A stretch of 64,000 nt of DNA from an uncultured Gammaproteobacteria bacterium (GTDB lineage: Bacteria > Patescibacteriota > Patescibacteriia > PEXW01). The notes below the pieces were generated by a model. It saw nothing but the letters and a program-made list of their open reading frames with translations. It did no database searches and was not told where the DNA came from. How positions within the stretch are numbered: the first letter of the stretch is position 1; each line of letters begins with the position of its first letter. The position numbers and the translations under genes are program-made. This document shows positions 46,257-56,300 of this stretch, in pieces. The stretch lies in NCBI GenBank assembly GCA_964486505.1, contig CAZAMC010000001.1:170133-234132 (forward strand), in the 5' to 3' direction.

Positions 46257-46952
46257 TCAGTCTATCTGTATCGAGTTTACAACTTGGTCAAACACTTGTC
46301 GCAGAGTGCTTCGAGCAATAGCTGAACCGTCAGTTTGTTCTAGAACATCTCCAGTGTAACCAATGATTACTGCACTAGCTTGATCCGGGAGCGTAAAGAT
46401 GTAAAAGGGACTATCGCCACAGGTGGGACAATCCGGATAGGCTTTATAGCCAGAATATCCGTTAATCGTTACTTGGGATTTGTTCGATGACGGCAAGGAG
46501 GCGACGTACTGGTCGGCATTTTTCGCGGTAGTCCCGACGCTAATCGGATAATCAATTGATCCCTCGAATTTGAATGTGGCATTCTTGGGCGTCAATTTCG
46601 GTGATACTCCCTCGTTTTGTATCAATGACCAGCTAACGGGGTAACGAACTGAAAATCCATTGCCCTGGTAAAGCAGTGTCTGAACAGAACCCGCGTTAAT
46701 GTTTCCGTTGATGGTGGACGAATTCAGGTTGCCAATTGAAGAGTTAACATTCGCGTTTCCGTTTATTGTCGAATTGAGGTTGTAGTTAACGTTCTGAGTA
46801 GCATTCACGTTCGCGTTGCTGTTCTCGCTGTCTTTAAAATACACGGACAAGCCGATGCCAACAGCGACAACTACAAGTATCCCGATTAACACCCAAAGGG
46901 CTTTCGGGGTTGTTGTCTTAGGTGCTTCCTGTCCTGGTGGGTTATTTTCCAT
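46257..46952 (-). CDS. membrane-anchored protein with Asn/Ser-rich low-complexity linker
   Basis: An N-terminal TM (ALWVLIGILVVVAVGIGLSVYF), then NANVNATQNVNYNLNSTINGNANVNSS..., then a globular C-terminal domain. Confidence 0.5.
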   Translation of the reverse strand: MENNPPGQEAPKTTTPKALWVLIGILVVVAVGIGLSVYFKDSENSNANVNATQNVNYNLNSTINGNANVNSSIGNLNSSTINGNINAGSVQTLLYQGNGFSVRYPVSWSLIQNEGVSPKLTPKNATFKFEGSIDYPISVGTTAKNADQYVASLPSSNKSQVTINGYSGYKAYPDCPTCGDSPFYIFTLPDQASAVIIGYTGDVLEQTDGSAIARSTLRQVFDQVVNSIQID

Positions 46953-47059
46953 AGATTTCTTAGATTATTTGAGAGTTCCTGCTTCTTCAGGGTCGCGTGG
47001 ATGGCTCAGTTAGTCAAGCATTGCGAGTATATACCCATTCAGCCCAGATTTTTGGCCGA

Positions 47060-47096
47060 GTTATCCACGACAAATCAGCGCCGTCGCGACGGCGCT
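47060..47096. repeat. 37-bp repeat element, copy A (contains the perfect palindrome CAGCGCCGTCGCGACGGCGCTG)
   Basis: GTTATCCACGACAAATCAGCGCCGTCGCGACGGCGCT is identical to 50347-50383. Confidence 0.85.
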
Positions 47097-47133
47097 GATT
47101 TCGGAGTACCAATTTTTTTTCATCAAAATGCAC

Positions 47134-48114
47134 CTATTCCGCATAATAGTAGGCTGAAATATAGCTCGTGACTTCTTCCATTGTGCTATCGCCAACAACC
47201 GTTGAAGTATCGGAAGTCTCCAGTATTTGACATCCTTTGACTTTTTGAAAATCCAAGTATCGGAAGAGTGTATAGATAGTACTTTTTGAGTCAACGAACA
47301 TTCCCCCCACCTCTTCAATATTTTGCTTCGTCAATACCCCGATATTCACCTTGTTTTCCCGTTGCGCTTCTGCTGGCGAAACGTAATGCGCAAAGTCAAC
47401 GCTTGCCAATACCAAAGACTTTTCCGGCAATACGTTAGAAAGCCCTCTCGCTATTGCTTCCGCTTCCTCATGTGATACTGAGGACTTGAGCACAATAGGC
47501 ACAAAGGTAGCATTGGGAAAACTTCGTTTAATAAACGCTACCTCTGCAGAAATTGAATGCTCAATTGTAAATACCCTTTCATCAACCCCCACAATATGAG
47601 ACGCCACAAGGGCTGAAATAACCTTTGTTTGCGGCTTGAGAATCCCGTATGGGGTCAACCAGCTATTTTGTGAAACTGTAGCATTAAAAAAACTTCTGTT
47701 TTCATGGTCAGGACCAATGACAACCACGACCTCGGGGTGCTCATTCCTTTCAAGGCCTTGAAAAAATCTTGCAATTGTGTGCGAGGCAAGCAGATGGTGT
47801 GGGACTACGCCGGCCTTTACTGAGCCCACGGGGTCAACTACACCATTATTACTATAAGCACGATTGAAAAAATCTTCATCCTGAAAATATGCAGAATGCA
47901 TCACCGAAAAATTTTCTCTTTCACTGCTCACGTACCGCGCATCTCGGCTGCTCTTAACGCTATCTCCAGCAAATAGACTGACTACTAAAGATAACGTTAT
48001 AACGAGTGCGGTGAGTAATGTCTTAGTGTATCGCACCACCCCATTCGACAATGGTAAAACCTCTTCGCGCCGGAGTTCGTATAGTGAGCGGTTCCACTGT
48101 AACGGGAGCACCAA
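47134..48114 (-). CDS. TM-anchored Memo-like protein (AmmeMemoRadiSam system protein B / LigB-fold family)
   Basis: An N-terminal TM, then GVVPHHLLASH, VVIGPDHENR and ASVDFAHY motifs that parallel Memo-family His/Asp clusters. Start uncertain. GTG codons at 48034-48039 would reduce the 92-nt overlap with the upstream gene. Confidence 0.5.
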   Translation of the reverse strand: MVLPLQWNRSLYELRREEVLPLSNGVVRYTKTLLTALVITLSLVVSLFAGDSVKSSRDARYVSSERENFSVMHSAYFQDEDFFNRAYSNNGVVDPVGSVKAGVVPHHLLASHTIARFFQGLERNEHPEVVVVIGPDHENRSFFNATVSQNSWLTPYGILKPQTKVISALVASHIVGVDERVFTIEHSISAEVAFIKRSFPNATFVPIVLKSSVSHEEAEAIARGLSNVLPEKSLVLASVDFAHYVSPAEAQRENKVNIGVLTKQNIEEVGGMFVDSKSTIYTLFRYLDFQKVKGCQILETSDTSTVVGDSTMEEVTSYISAYYYAE

Positions 48115-50284
48115 GTCCCCGATAATCCATGAATACCCGTATGACGGAATCTGGTTTCGGAGTCACCGTAAGGGGCGCTATTGAATCGAACACATTTTGG
48201 TCAACAAAGGTAACGAAGTAGTAGGGGTTCTCTTGCATGCGCGGCACCCAGTACTCCATAAAGTCTCCCGATTCCTTGTCATTCAAACCAAGGAGATGAA
48301 GAGTCCTATTTAAGAAAGTTGAAACCTCATCCCTGGGCACCACGAAGCCTTTCTCGGGTATTTCGTAATTCAAAGCTTTTCCTTCCCAGAATAGATAGGG
48401 GTAGAATGTGCCATCACCATATTCTAGCTGGCCACTAGGGTGAGCAAATACGTTCCAACCACCCTTAGGATACACGGGCTCGCTTTTAGAAAAACCACCC
48501 GAGGGGCTAACTTGAACATTCACGGAAATTGGCGACTTAGGGTAAAGGTAAATTACCGGTTTGCCACATTCAACCGCGGGTAAAAAGGCGGTCTGTTTAA
48601 ATCTTACCCAATGGCCAAACGGATCCTGCCAGTAAAACAGCGGATGAGCTTTAGTAAAATACTCATATTCCACTTTTTCTTCCTCAGAAGGAACATAGTA
48701 ATTCTTATATGTGTCTTTTAAGATATTGCTATTAGAGTCTTTCAATTCATAGACGGTGCTTCCGGTACTTGTTGTGCCAGCTTTTTGTAAGGCTTCAATG
48801 CCGCCAAGTTCCTTCTCTGTAAAAATTGCGTGGCACGTGTTGGTGCCGCAGCCGCCTGTTGGTTCATTGAAGGTGTATTCTTTCGTATTGTTTTTACCAT
48901 CATTCCATGTGACTGCGGGAATGAGGCTATTTGATGAATAGAAACTCGTCCTGTCATCAAAAGTTTTAATAAACTTTGGCTTAAGATGATATAATTTGAC
49001 CATTCCATCAGGCATCCGAACAAAATAGCACTTGATTGTGGGCTCAAAGTATACGGGGCCAACTTTGCTATCAGTAAACTCGACAGGAGCAAGAGGATAG
49101 TCAGAAAACCATTTTTTTACTTCAAACAATTCCGCAACAAGGGTCGTAGAGGAATCGGGTATAGCAATTACTTTAGATGGAATTAATTCGGGAATAGTTG
49201 AGCCACTATCGTAGGTAAAAGGCGTTGTAAAATTCGAAAGATTTTCTGAGTGCTTCTCTAAATATACAAATGTTTTTTCATTTGGATCATACACAACACG
49301 GAACACTTCCATGCTACCCATTCCCCCTGTTGAAAGTATGTTTACTATGTAATTACCTTTGTACCTACCATTTATTATTTCCCCGACTTTATAGTAGAAA
49401 CGTGTGCCATCCGAGTCGGCCGAACTACTAATCATTGGGTCGACCATATTTAGTTCTTTGGGTTCATCTAGCCACGCAACTTTTAGGTCATAGCCCTGGT
49501 TTGCTGGAACCGCGGTCTTTTTGTTTACCCCATGAATCTGAACAAATGGTAATTGATTAATGAACTTTACACTTTTCATAATTTCAAGTACCACCGTTGA
49601 ATTCTTGAGTGTGCTTTCACTGCTAGAAAATTCAAACTCATATATTTTGTCTCTTTCAGAAACGAATGCCCAAACATACGAGCTATCTGACTCTTGACTT
49701 GGTCGTTTACGTAAACCCTGTAACGTAAAGGCTTCTTCTCCCTGAATAATGAGGGGCTCTGCAAATTCGTATTTCTCGCTATTGTTCTCTCGGTACGTAT
49801 TCACCCAGTCAGCTAATGATTTGCCTTTGGCATTGTTGTGGTAAACAACGCTACAATTAATATGTTTGCCTTCCACGCTATCCTTCTGTGAACCACTCAA
49901 CCAAAAAATATTTTCGGCATCGTTAATACCAATACCTGACCTAGAAAAGGTCCATTCTTTTGGAATTTTCAGGGAAATACCGTGATCAGCTCTTTGGAAG
50001 GTCACTGCTTTCCAACTTGAAGTATCTACTGTGTCATTCGCATTGATAGAAACACCAGAGTTTACGTTTTGGTTCACTGATCTATTACTATTCTCACTTG
50101 CTGTGCTGTTTGCATTCTCTCCAGTATTTGTAACTAGGGATACATTAGCACTTGGCGAGCCCTCATCTCTGATGATCGAATACACAACCCCGATAACAGA
50201 AAGGATCAAAGCTAATACTAAACCCGCCCAACGTAAAAAATAACGTGCTTTCAGGGGTTTTGGTGTAGATGGAGTGAGTTCCAT
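48023..50284 (-). CDS. large membrane-anchored surface protein (753 aa), function unknown
   Basis: An N-terminal TM (WAGLVLALILSVIGVVYSII), an Asn/Ser-rich linker, then a beta-rich extracytoplasmic region. No recognised catalytic motif. Confidence 0.6.
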   Translation of the reverse strand: MELTPSTPKPLKARYFLRWAGLVLALILSVIGVVYSIIRDEGSPSANVSLVTNTGENANSTASENSNRSVNQNVNSGVSINANDTVDTSSWKAVTFQRADHGISLKIPKEWTFSRSGIGINDAENIFWLSGSQKDSVEGKHINCSVVYHNNAKGKSLADWVNTYRENNSEKYEFAEPLIIQGEEAFTLQGLRKRPSQESDSSYVWAFVSERDKIYEFEFSSSESTLKNSTVVLEIMKSVKFINQLPFVQIHGVNKKTAVPANQGYDLKVAWLDEPKELNMVDPMISSSADSDGTRFYYKVGEIINGRYKGNYIVNILSTGGMGSMEVFRVVYDPNEKTFVYLEKHSENLSNFTTPFTYDSGSTIPELIPSKVIAIPDSSTTLVAELFEVKKWFSDYPLAPVEFTDSKVGPVYFEPTIKCYFVRMPDGMVKLYHLKPKFIKTFDDRTSFYSSNSLIPAVTWNDGKNNTKEYTFNEPTGGCGTNTCHAIFTEKELGGIEALQKAGTTSTGSTVYELKDSNSNILKDTYKNYYVPSEEEKVEYEYFTKAHPLFYWQDPFGHWVRFKQTAFLPAVECGKPVIYLYPKSPISVNVQVSPSGGFSKSEPVYPKGGWNVFAHPSGQLEYGDGTFYPYLFWEGKALNYEIPEKGFVVPRDEVSTFLNRTLHLLGLNDKESGDFMEYWVPRMQENPYYFVTFVDQNVFDSIAPLTVTPKPDSVIRVFMDYRGLGAPVTVEPLTIRTPARRGFTIVEWGGAIH

Positions 50285-50346
50285 AGTATGGTTTAAAGCG
50301 TTGAGCCATCTCTAGGCTAGCATACTTTTCGATCGTTTTTCATCTC

Positions 50347-50383
50347 GTTATCCACGACAAATCAGCGCCGTCGCGACGGCGCT
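50347..50383. repeat. 37-bp repeat element, copy B
   Basis: Identical to 47060-47096. It lies 63 nt upstream of the 753-aa gene start. Confidence 0.85.
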
Positions 50384-50621
50384 TACTTCATACTCGAACA
50401 AGAAGCCCCTTATTTCTGACCAATCCTCTCTACCACCAACTTGTACGCGAGGGCACTTGCAAAAGCCAAAGTTGATTGTTCCTGAAAATCCTTAAGAAAC
50501 GTTACCATATCTGTGGCGCAGGCCATTTTACCAAGCCTACAAGTAAGAAGAACGAGACCAATCATGAGATTCGCAACCGAAGTCAAAACACTTAACCAGC
50601 TAAGGACATTAATGTCAACAA

Positions 50622-51224
50622 CTAGTCCTTCTTCAAAAACTTCTTATACGCCTCATCCTGTAAAATGATTTTGGACTCAATTTGCTCTCGCAAGAAGTCG
50701 GCTTTGGTTACCCCCATTTTCTTCGACTTCCACTGCAAGTACCGTTCCATCGCCGGTGTTATGCGCAGGGTGAACTTCACGGTCGGCTCGTGATCTGCTT
50801 GCTCCCCCACTAGCCCGGTGAGGAACTGGTCAACGTAGGCGACCACCTGATCGCCACTATACGAACGGACCTGAATAAACGACGGTACTTGCCGATCACC
50901 CAGGTACTTGAGCACCCCGCGGTTACTCACGTCTTTGTCATACAGGTACAGTGTCGGTCGCCGCATGCTCATAGCATAGGCCAGCAGGTAACCCAAATCA
51001 GCATCCGGTTCTGACCCTTCAATAACCAAAGCATCCATCTTGTCCAACAGAGTGCCACCGGTCTTATTCAGCGCTTCCAACTCTTCTTGCGGCAGGTCAA
51101 CGCTATTCTTCCCATCACTCGTAACGTAGAAGACCTTCTTTTCATCCAGCACGTTCAAAATGACCTCGTGGATGCCCGTGAAACGAGTCTTCTGGGGCGG
51201 GGCTTGGAAGAAGTAGACGCGCAT
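50622..51224 (-). CDS. hypothetical protein: nucleoside 2-deoxyribosyltransferase-like (SLOG-type) N-domain fused to C-terminal ribbon-helix-helix-like domain
   Basis: The N-domain pattern ...ALVIEGSEPDADLGYLLAYAMSMRRPTLYLY resembles the NDT-like E..G.A.A.G.P motif. The C-terminal FTLRITPAMERYLQWKSKKMGVTKADFLREQIE resembles RHH/CopG. Confidence 0.4.
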   Translation of the reverse strand: MRVYFFQAPPQKTRFTGIHEVILNVLDEKKVFYVTSDGKNSVDLPQEELEALNKTGGTLLDKMDALVIEGSEPDADLGYLLAYAMSMRRPTLYLYDKDVSNRGVLKYLGDRQVPSFIQVRSYSGDQVVAYVDQFLTGLVGEQADHEPTVKFTLRITPAMERYLQWKSKKMGVTKADFLREQIESKIILQDEAYKKFLKKD

Positions 51225-51227
51225 ACG

Positions 51228-52244
51228 CTAGGCTCCTGCCTCCTTCCCAGCACCGAACTCATTCGCCACTGGCTGGAGTAGCAATTTCCGCACCAATTCT
51301 GGATTCGTCGTTTTCGAAAGCGCCCACAGGAACTTGGCGTACAGGGCCTCGTAACTAATGGCCGTAATAGTTGTGACAGCGCCAAATGGTAAGCTGGAGG
51401 CAAGGTACGGGTTGAACACCACCACCGACGTTCCTTGCTGTTCGGCCAACCGTAAGTACGGGTTGAACTTTACGGGCACACCACTCTGCGTATAGGCATG
51501 CAGGATAATGCCGTCGGGTTTTTCGTGAACGACGCGCGCAAATTCTTCTGGCCGAAAGCCCGGATGCAAACGGACAATAGCGATGTGTTTGTTCTGCAGT
51601 GCAACCACGTGAAGCGGCTCATGAGCCCGGGCTTGTTCAGATTTCAGCTTAATGCCGAAGTCCACGCGACCAAGGACGTCAGTCTCGTCCGCATCGAAGA
51701 CGTTAAACGACGTTCCGGGCGACTTCCGTGCACGCGTGGCCCGGAGCAGCTGGTTCCCAAAGAGAATACTCACTTCAGTGAGGTTCTTCGTGGCTACTTG
51801 CACGGCATTAATGAGATTCGCCCGTACGCCCAGGGTTCGGTAGTGCGAGATAAAGCCTTGTAAGTCGGCGGCCTTCGGGCGTACAGGCGAAAGAGGTGAA
51901 CCCGTGAGGACTATTGGCTTCCCGAGCCCCTGCAGTGCAAAGGCAAAGAACGCGCCCGTATAGAGCATAGAGTCCGCGTCCTGAAGAACAACAAAACCGT
52001 CACTGGTTGCATACCGATCCTTGATAACCCTCGTTACTGCATTCCAGTCTTCCGGCTGCACGTCTTTGCCGTCGGGCAAAACGAAAACTGGCTCTACCTT
52101 GGCAATGAGGTTGAGCTCGGGAAAGTTATCGACCCAGGTCTGAATATCCGCGGGAGCGTGGACCGTCACCACCACATCCCCTTCCGTTTGGAGGGTTGCA
52201 CCACCGGCGAAGAGCAAGGTGATTGTGGGGAGCTGCTTGGCCAT
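51228..52244 (-). CDS. L-asparaginase family protein
   Basis: LLFAGGATLQ (the threonine-loop region), GFVVLQDADSM and GKPIVLTGS motifs of type I asparaginase/GatD-like enzymes. Confidence 0.7.
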   Translation of the reverse strand: MAKQLPTITLLFAGGATLQTEGDVVVTVHAPADIQTWVDNFPELNLIAKVEPVFVLPDGKDVQPEDWNAVTRVIKDRYATSDGFVVLQDADSMLYTGAFFAFALQGLGKPIVLTGSPLSPVRPKAADLQGFISHYRTLGVRANLINAVQVATKNLTEVSILFGNQLLRATRARKSPGTSFNVFDADETDVLGRVDFGIKLKSEQARAHEPLHVVALQNKHIAIVRLHPGFRPEEFARVVHEKPDGIILHAYTQSGVPVKFNPYLRLAEQQGTSVVVFNPYLASSLPFGAVTTITAISYEALYAKFLWALSKTTNPELVRKLLLQPVANEFGAGKEAGA

Positions 52245-52403
52245 TGCAGGCCGGGTTTAGTGCGGGCCCCCGCGAACGTGGCGCGCAATCCCGCAGTAGC
52301 GGGATGAGCACGCGTTCGTGGGGTAAAGGGGCACGCGAACGGAGGGTGGAGCGGGATGCGGCTAGACCGCGTCACGCGGAACTCGAAGTTCGTCGTGATC
52401 CGT

Positions 52404-52430
52404 GCGCCGTCGCGAGAACTGCGCCGTCGC
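52404..52430. repeat. two tandem copies of the GCGCCGTCGC(GA) core of the 37-bp element
   Basis: GCGCCGTCGCGAgaactGCGCCGTCGC, 42 nt downstream of the second Memo-like gene stop. Confidence 0.6.
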
Positions 52431-52471
52431 TTGGCCAAACCGTAGCAGATCGGTGTGTAACGTCAAGCCCG

Positions 52472-53374
52472 CTACCTCCCCCAACCACCAGTAATGTAGC
52501 TTGTTGTATTCTGCTGAGTAATGTCCTGCTGAATAGACGCTGCTGTGGATTGATCAATAACCTGGAATGATCCTGCTCCTCGTAGCTGGGCAAAGGCCAT
52601 AGCCACTGCCAGCGCCTGCGGAGAATCGGCGTGGATATCTCGAAGCGCAGCCAACTCCCCTGCCTGCAGCGCTGCCAATGACTGCGCATCCCAATCCTGA
52701 GCCTTTTGAGCTGTGGTTTGGTGCGAGAAATCCACACTCGCTACCACCAGGTCATCCGTCCTCAGCTGACTGTGGAGCAGCTGGGCAAGTTCCCGCGCTT
52801 GGGCTACGTCAAACCCCCCACGGAGCGCGATGAGCACGAAGTGCGCCCGTGGAAATTGATGCTGGAGGAATGGCAAAGGCTGCAGCACGCTGTGCTCCTG
52901 CCGGATGACTTCTTCGCCCCCGCGAACGAACGGCAATATTTGGAGCGCTGACACAACAGCAAGGTTGGTTTCGTACGTTGCCCAGGGCGATGCCCACGTT
53001 GACGCGCTCGTCGTTGCCAGGGTTTGCCCACGGTTCTCATGGTCCGGCCCCAACACCACAATTGTGCTTGGCTGGATGTTCTGGGCGCTCAATACTACTC
53101 GGCCCATAAGGCCCCGCGCAACCAGGTGGTGCGGCAAGACAATGGCAACCGGTGGTGGTGTTTGTGGCGGTGGCAGCTCTCCGGCAAACGCAACCTGAAC
53201 GTCGTCGGGAGTGACGGCGTTCAGGACTGCTGATGACTGACTCTGCGCAGTGTGTGGACGAGTGACCAGGGTGAGAATGCCGAGCACGCCCACCCCGACG
53301 ATCGCTAATCCCAACCAGAGTACGCGTTTACTCAATGCCAATGGTTTGCCCTCCCGAGTAGTTAACAATCTCAC
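52472..53374 (-). CDS. TM-anchored Memo-like protein, paralog of 47134..48114
   Basis: An N-terminal TM, then IVLPHHLVARG, VVLGPDHENRG and ASVDFSHQ, the same motif order as the other paralog. Its start overlaps the end of the upstream giant gene. Confidence 0.5.
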   Translation of the reverse strand: MRLLTTREGKPLALSKRVLWLGLAIVGVGVLGILTLVTRPHTAQSQSSAVLNAVTPDDVQVAFAGELPPPQTPPPVAIVLPHHLVARGLMGRVVLSAQNIQPSTIVVLGPDHENRGQTLATTSASTWASPWATYETNLAVVSALQILPFVRGGEEVIRQEHSVLQPLPFLQHQFPRAHFVLIALRGGFDVAQARELAQLLHSQLRTDDLVVASVDFSHQTTAQKAQDWDAQSLAALQAGELAALRDIHADSPQALAVAMAFAQLRGAGSFQVIDQSTAASIQQDITQQNTTSYITGGWGR

Positions 53375-56300
53375 GGCTCTTCTGCCCTTGCGCGGTGGCG
53401 GGCTCCGCTGAGTACCGGCCCGGATTCACCACCCGAGCGTAGTACCAGAAGCTATTCTGACCCCAGGTATTAAAGGTCAAACGCTGACCCGCAATTTCAA
53501 CTGGGTAGTTGAAGCCCAAACCCGTCTGCAGGTTCCGGTTCCAGGGGTTGGGCAGCGCGGCCAAGCCAGACGGCAGGATGTCGGTTACCGTGAAGTCCTT
53601 ATCAATGATGTCCTTGTGCACCGAGAGCGCAATCTCCACGCGGACAATGTCGCCTTGCCGGAAATTTCCGGTTCCCCCTACCCGGGAGTAGGTGCGGGAA
53701 ACGCCGAGCCGCGAATCGTGCGGCGCGCTAGCAACATCCAGCGGCTCGATTGTCTGGACAATGATGCCGGCCGAACCGGTTACCCCGGTGACGGTAAATG
53801 CCTTAGCCTCGGCAGTGGTGAGGGACACGTAGGTGGTTTCCGAACCCTGGACACTCAGCGTCTTCGCTTCTGCCCCCGCCGTGTAGGTCACGCTCACGGG
53901 CGTGGCATCCAGCACCGGGATAGCGGCAACGAACGCCAAGCTCCGCTGCACGTTGGTGAGCGTGTCTTTGGGGAAATTCTCTTGCAAGTACCGACCAATG
54001 CCCAGGCGCTGTGGCAGCTTCAGGCCTTCGGCCAGAATGCTAAACCGCGCCGTGTTCACAATGTAGTCGTCATTGGTCTTCCCCAACTTCAAGCGAATGA
54101 AGGGGTCTTGGGTTTCGCCGTACTGCTGCAGCAGGGGCAGTGCAATGGCCCGGGCTTTCTCCCCTGCGCCAAGGGCGGCGTAGCCCAGAGCCGCAATTAA
54201 ACGCTGCTCGTCGGTTACGCCCGATGCCGCAGTGTACCGGTCCAGGTCCGCGAGCACGGGTTCGCCGAGGTTCGCCATACCCAGCAGGGCGTAGCCCACG
54301 TCTTCGGCCGAAACGTCTTTCTTGCTGAGTTTCGCCAGGAAGTACTTGTACATGCGCACGCCGTCGAAGAGGTCATGCCGGGCCGCGGCAAATGCAGTGA
54401 GCGGCAGGCTGGATGAACCCCAAACCACTTCGCTAATCCCGCCATCCTCTTGCTGGTACGCGGTGGGCGAGAAACCGGTTGCCGGTATGGCATCCTGCTC
54501 TTTCAGGGTCACCAACGCGTCGGCCGCAATGCGGCTGGCTAGGTGCCGCTCGATGCGGTTGCCGTAGCCCCACTGCAAGTCGTACAACCCGGCAATCACG
54601 CGGCCACGACCAAAGTCAGTGACCCCCACCATGGTGCGGTCGTTGGAGGACGAGGTTATCGTCATGCCATTTGTGGCTTCCTGAATGGTTGTGGCGCGCT
54701 TGGAGAGCCGCGAACTCTTCACCGTAATTTTCCGGATGAGCGTATCGGTAACGTCACCTTTGGCCACCGTGAGCTTGAGCTCGTGCTCACCCACCGTGAG
54801 TGTTGGCAAGGTGAAAGATAGCGCCGTGAAGGGCTTACCAGTTTTTTTCTGATCTGCGCCAAGGCCGGGTGTGGAGAACGTGAACGCTACATCATCGTTG
54901 GCCGAAAGTCCTGTGCCGTAGGCCCGAGCCAGCACCACCGGTTTGTCATCCACCACAAATTCATCCGGGGTGGTGAGCAAGCCAAACACCGGCTTCGATA
55001 CGGGCACGCCAACGGTGGTGTGGCCGGCTTGCAGCGCATGGGTCACGGCTTGGGCGGTCAGGCGCCAGGATGTGAGGTTATCCGGCACGGTGAAAGTCGT
55101 CGTAGCTTGGCCATTGGTGTCTGTTTCCACCTCGGTGAAGAGCACGGCGTCGCGGAAATCCTTGCGGGCATCACCCCCGCCGCCCCCACCTTCGGCACCG
55201 CTCTCCAGGGCCGTCGCGTCGTGGCTAATGTACTGCTGGAGCAAACCCGTGCCCACCAGGGCGTGGAGCCCGCTGAGGGGCGCGGGCGCATTGTTGGATT
55301 CAATGACCGTTAGCGCTTCATCAATCGCGCTCAGGTTCACGCGGGCGCGCACGGGCTTCTTCGCCGCGTCGAGCACAGTTACCTGGGCGGTGACCTTTTC
55401 ACCAGGGCGGTACGCAGGCTTGTCTGTCGTGACTTGCACATCCAGCTTGCGTTCGTCCGTATCGAACTGCAGCAGCACTTGGTCGTACTGGTTGGGTATT
55501 CGGAAACCCGTACCCGTAAACCACACCCCGGTCACGTACACATTCGGGACATCCTTTTCGGTAAAGGTAAAGTCGAGCTGCGGCTTGGCCGTAACCGTGA
55601 CGTCCTTCACCCCGGCTTGCAATGTGATGAAGAGGAAAGCACCTTTCGTCTCAACCGCCTCACTGTTCCGCTGAAACTCCAGTTCGGTCTTGGCGCCAAT
55701 GGGGTAGGTTACCTGAGCGTTCGACTGCTTCGCCTGTGTCGTATCCACAATGTGGAAGCTACTGTTCGCCGAGTCGTCGTAGCTGGTGGACCCAAAGTAC
55801 GCGGTCTGCTCGTAGTACCGGCCGGCACTGTCTTTCACGTGGACCTCCACGTGCGAGCTCTTCCCCGGCAGAGTTATGGTTGTCAGGTATGCGCCCTGGG
55901 CGTCTGTTGTTCCGGTAATGGTGTCTCGCAACTCATTAGTGTAGCTGTAGTCGTACACGTCCACGACGGTCTTCTCAATAAAGTCGTAGTGCGTACCGCG
56001 CTTGGTCTTCTTCACCACATTCTCGTAGACCTTCACTTCCACCGGGGCATTTGCGGCCGGGCCACTAGTCATGGTTTCGTACGCGTTCCAGTAATCGTCC
56101 GTGGGTTTGGTGAGGTCGACGTTCCGCGCACCCACCGTAAGCGTGGCTTGGTTACCGTCCCGCTTTGTGGTGAGTGAGCCAATTACCTGGCCGGGGAAAA
56201 CCACAATGTCGGCATTCGCCAGCACATCGCCATCCGCCGCGTCAGGAGGGAAGACCGCTACTTGCTGGGTTGTAACGTGGTGGTAATTCTCCGTGAGCTT

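Noticed and set aside
47060-50383. Possibility that the 37-bp repeats are a CRISPR array
   Set aside because: There are only two copies, 3.3 kb apart and separated by protein-coding genes rather than short spacers. There is no cas gene in the window.
50400-50556. Unlisted ~52-aa hydrophobic minus-strand ORF (MIGLVLLTCRLGKMACATDMV...) in the gap upstream of the 753-aa gene
   Set aside because: It is below the track size cutoff and has no RBS or motif. The gap may simply be promoter sequence.
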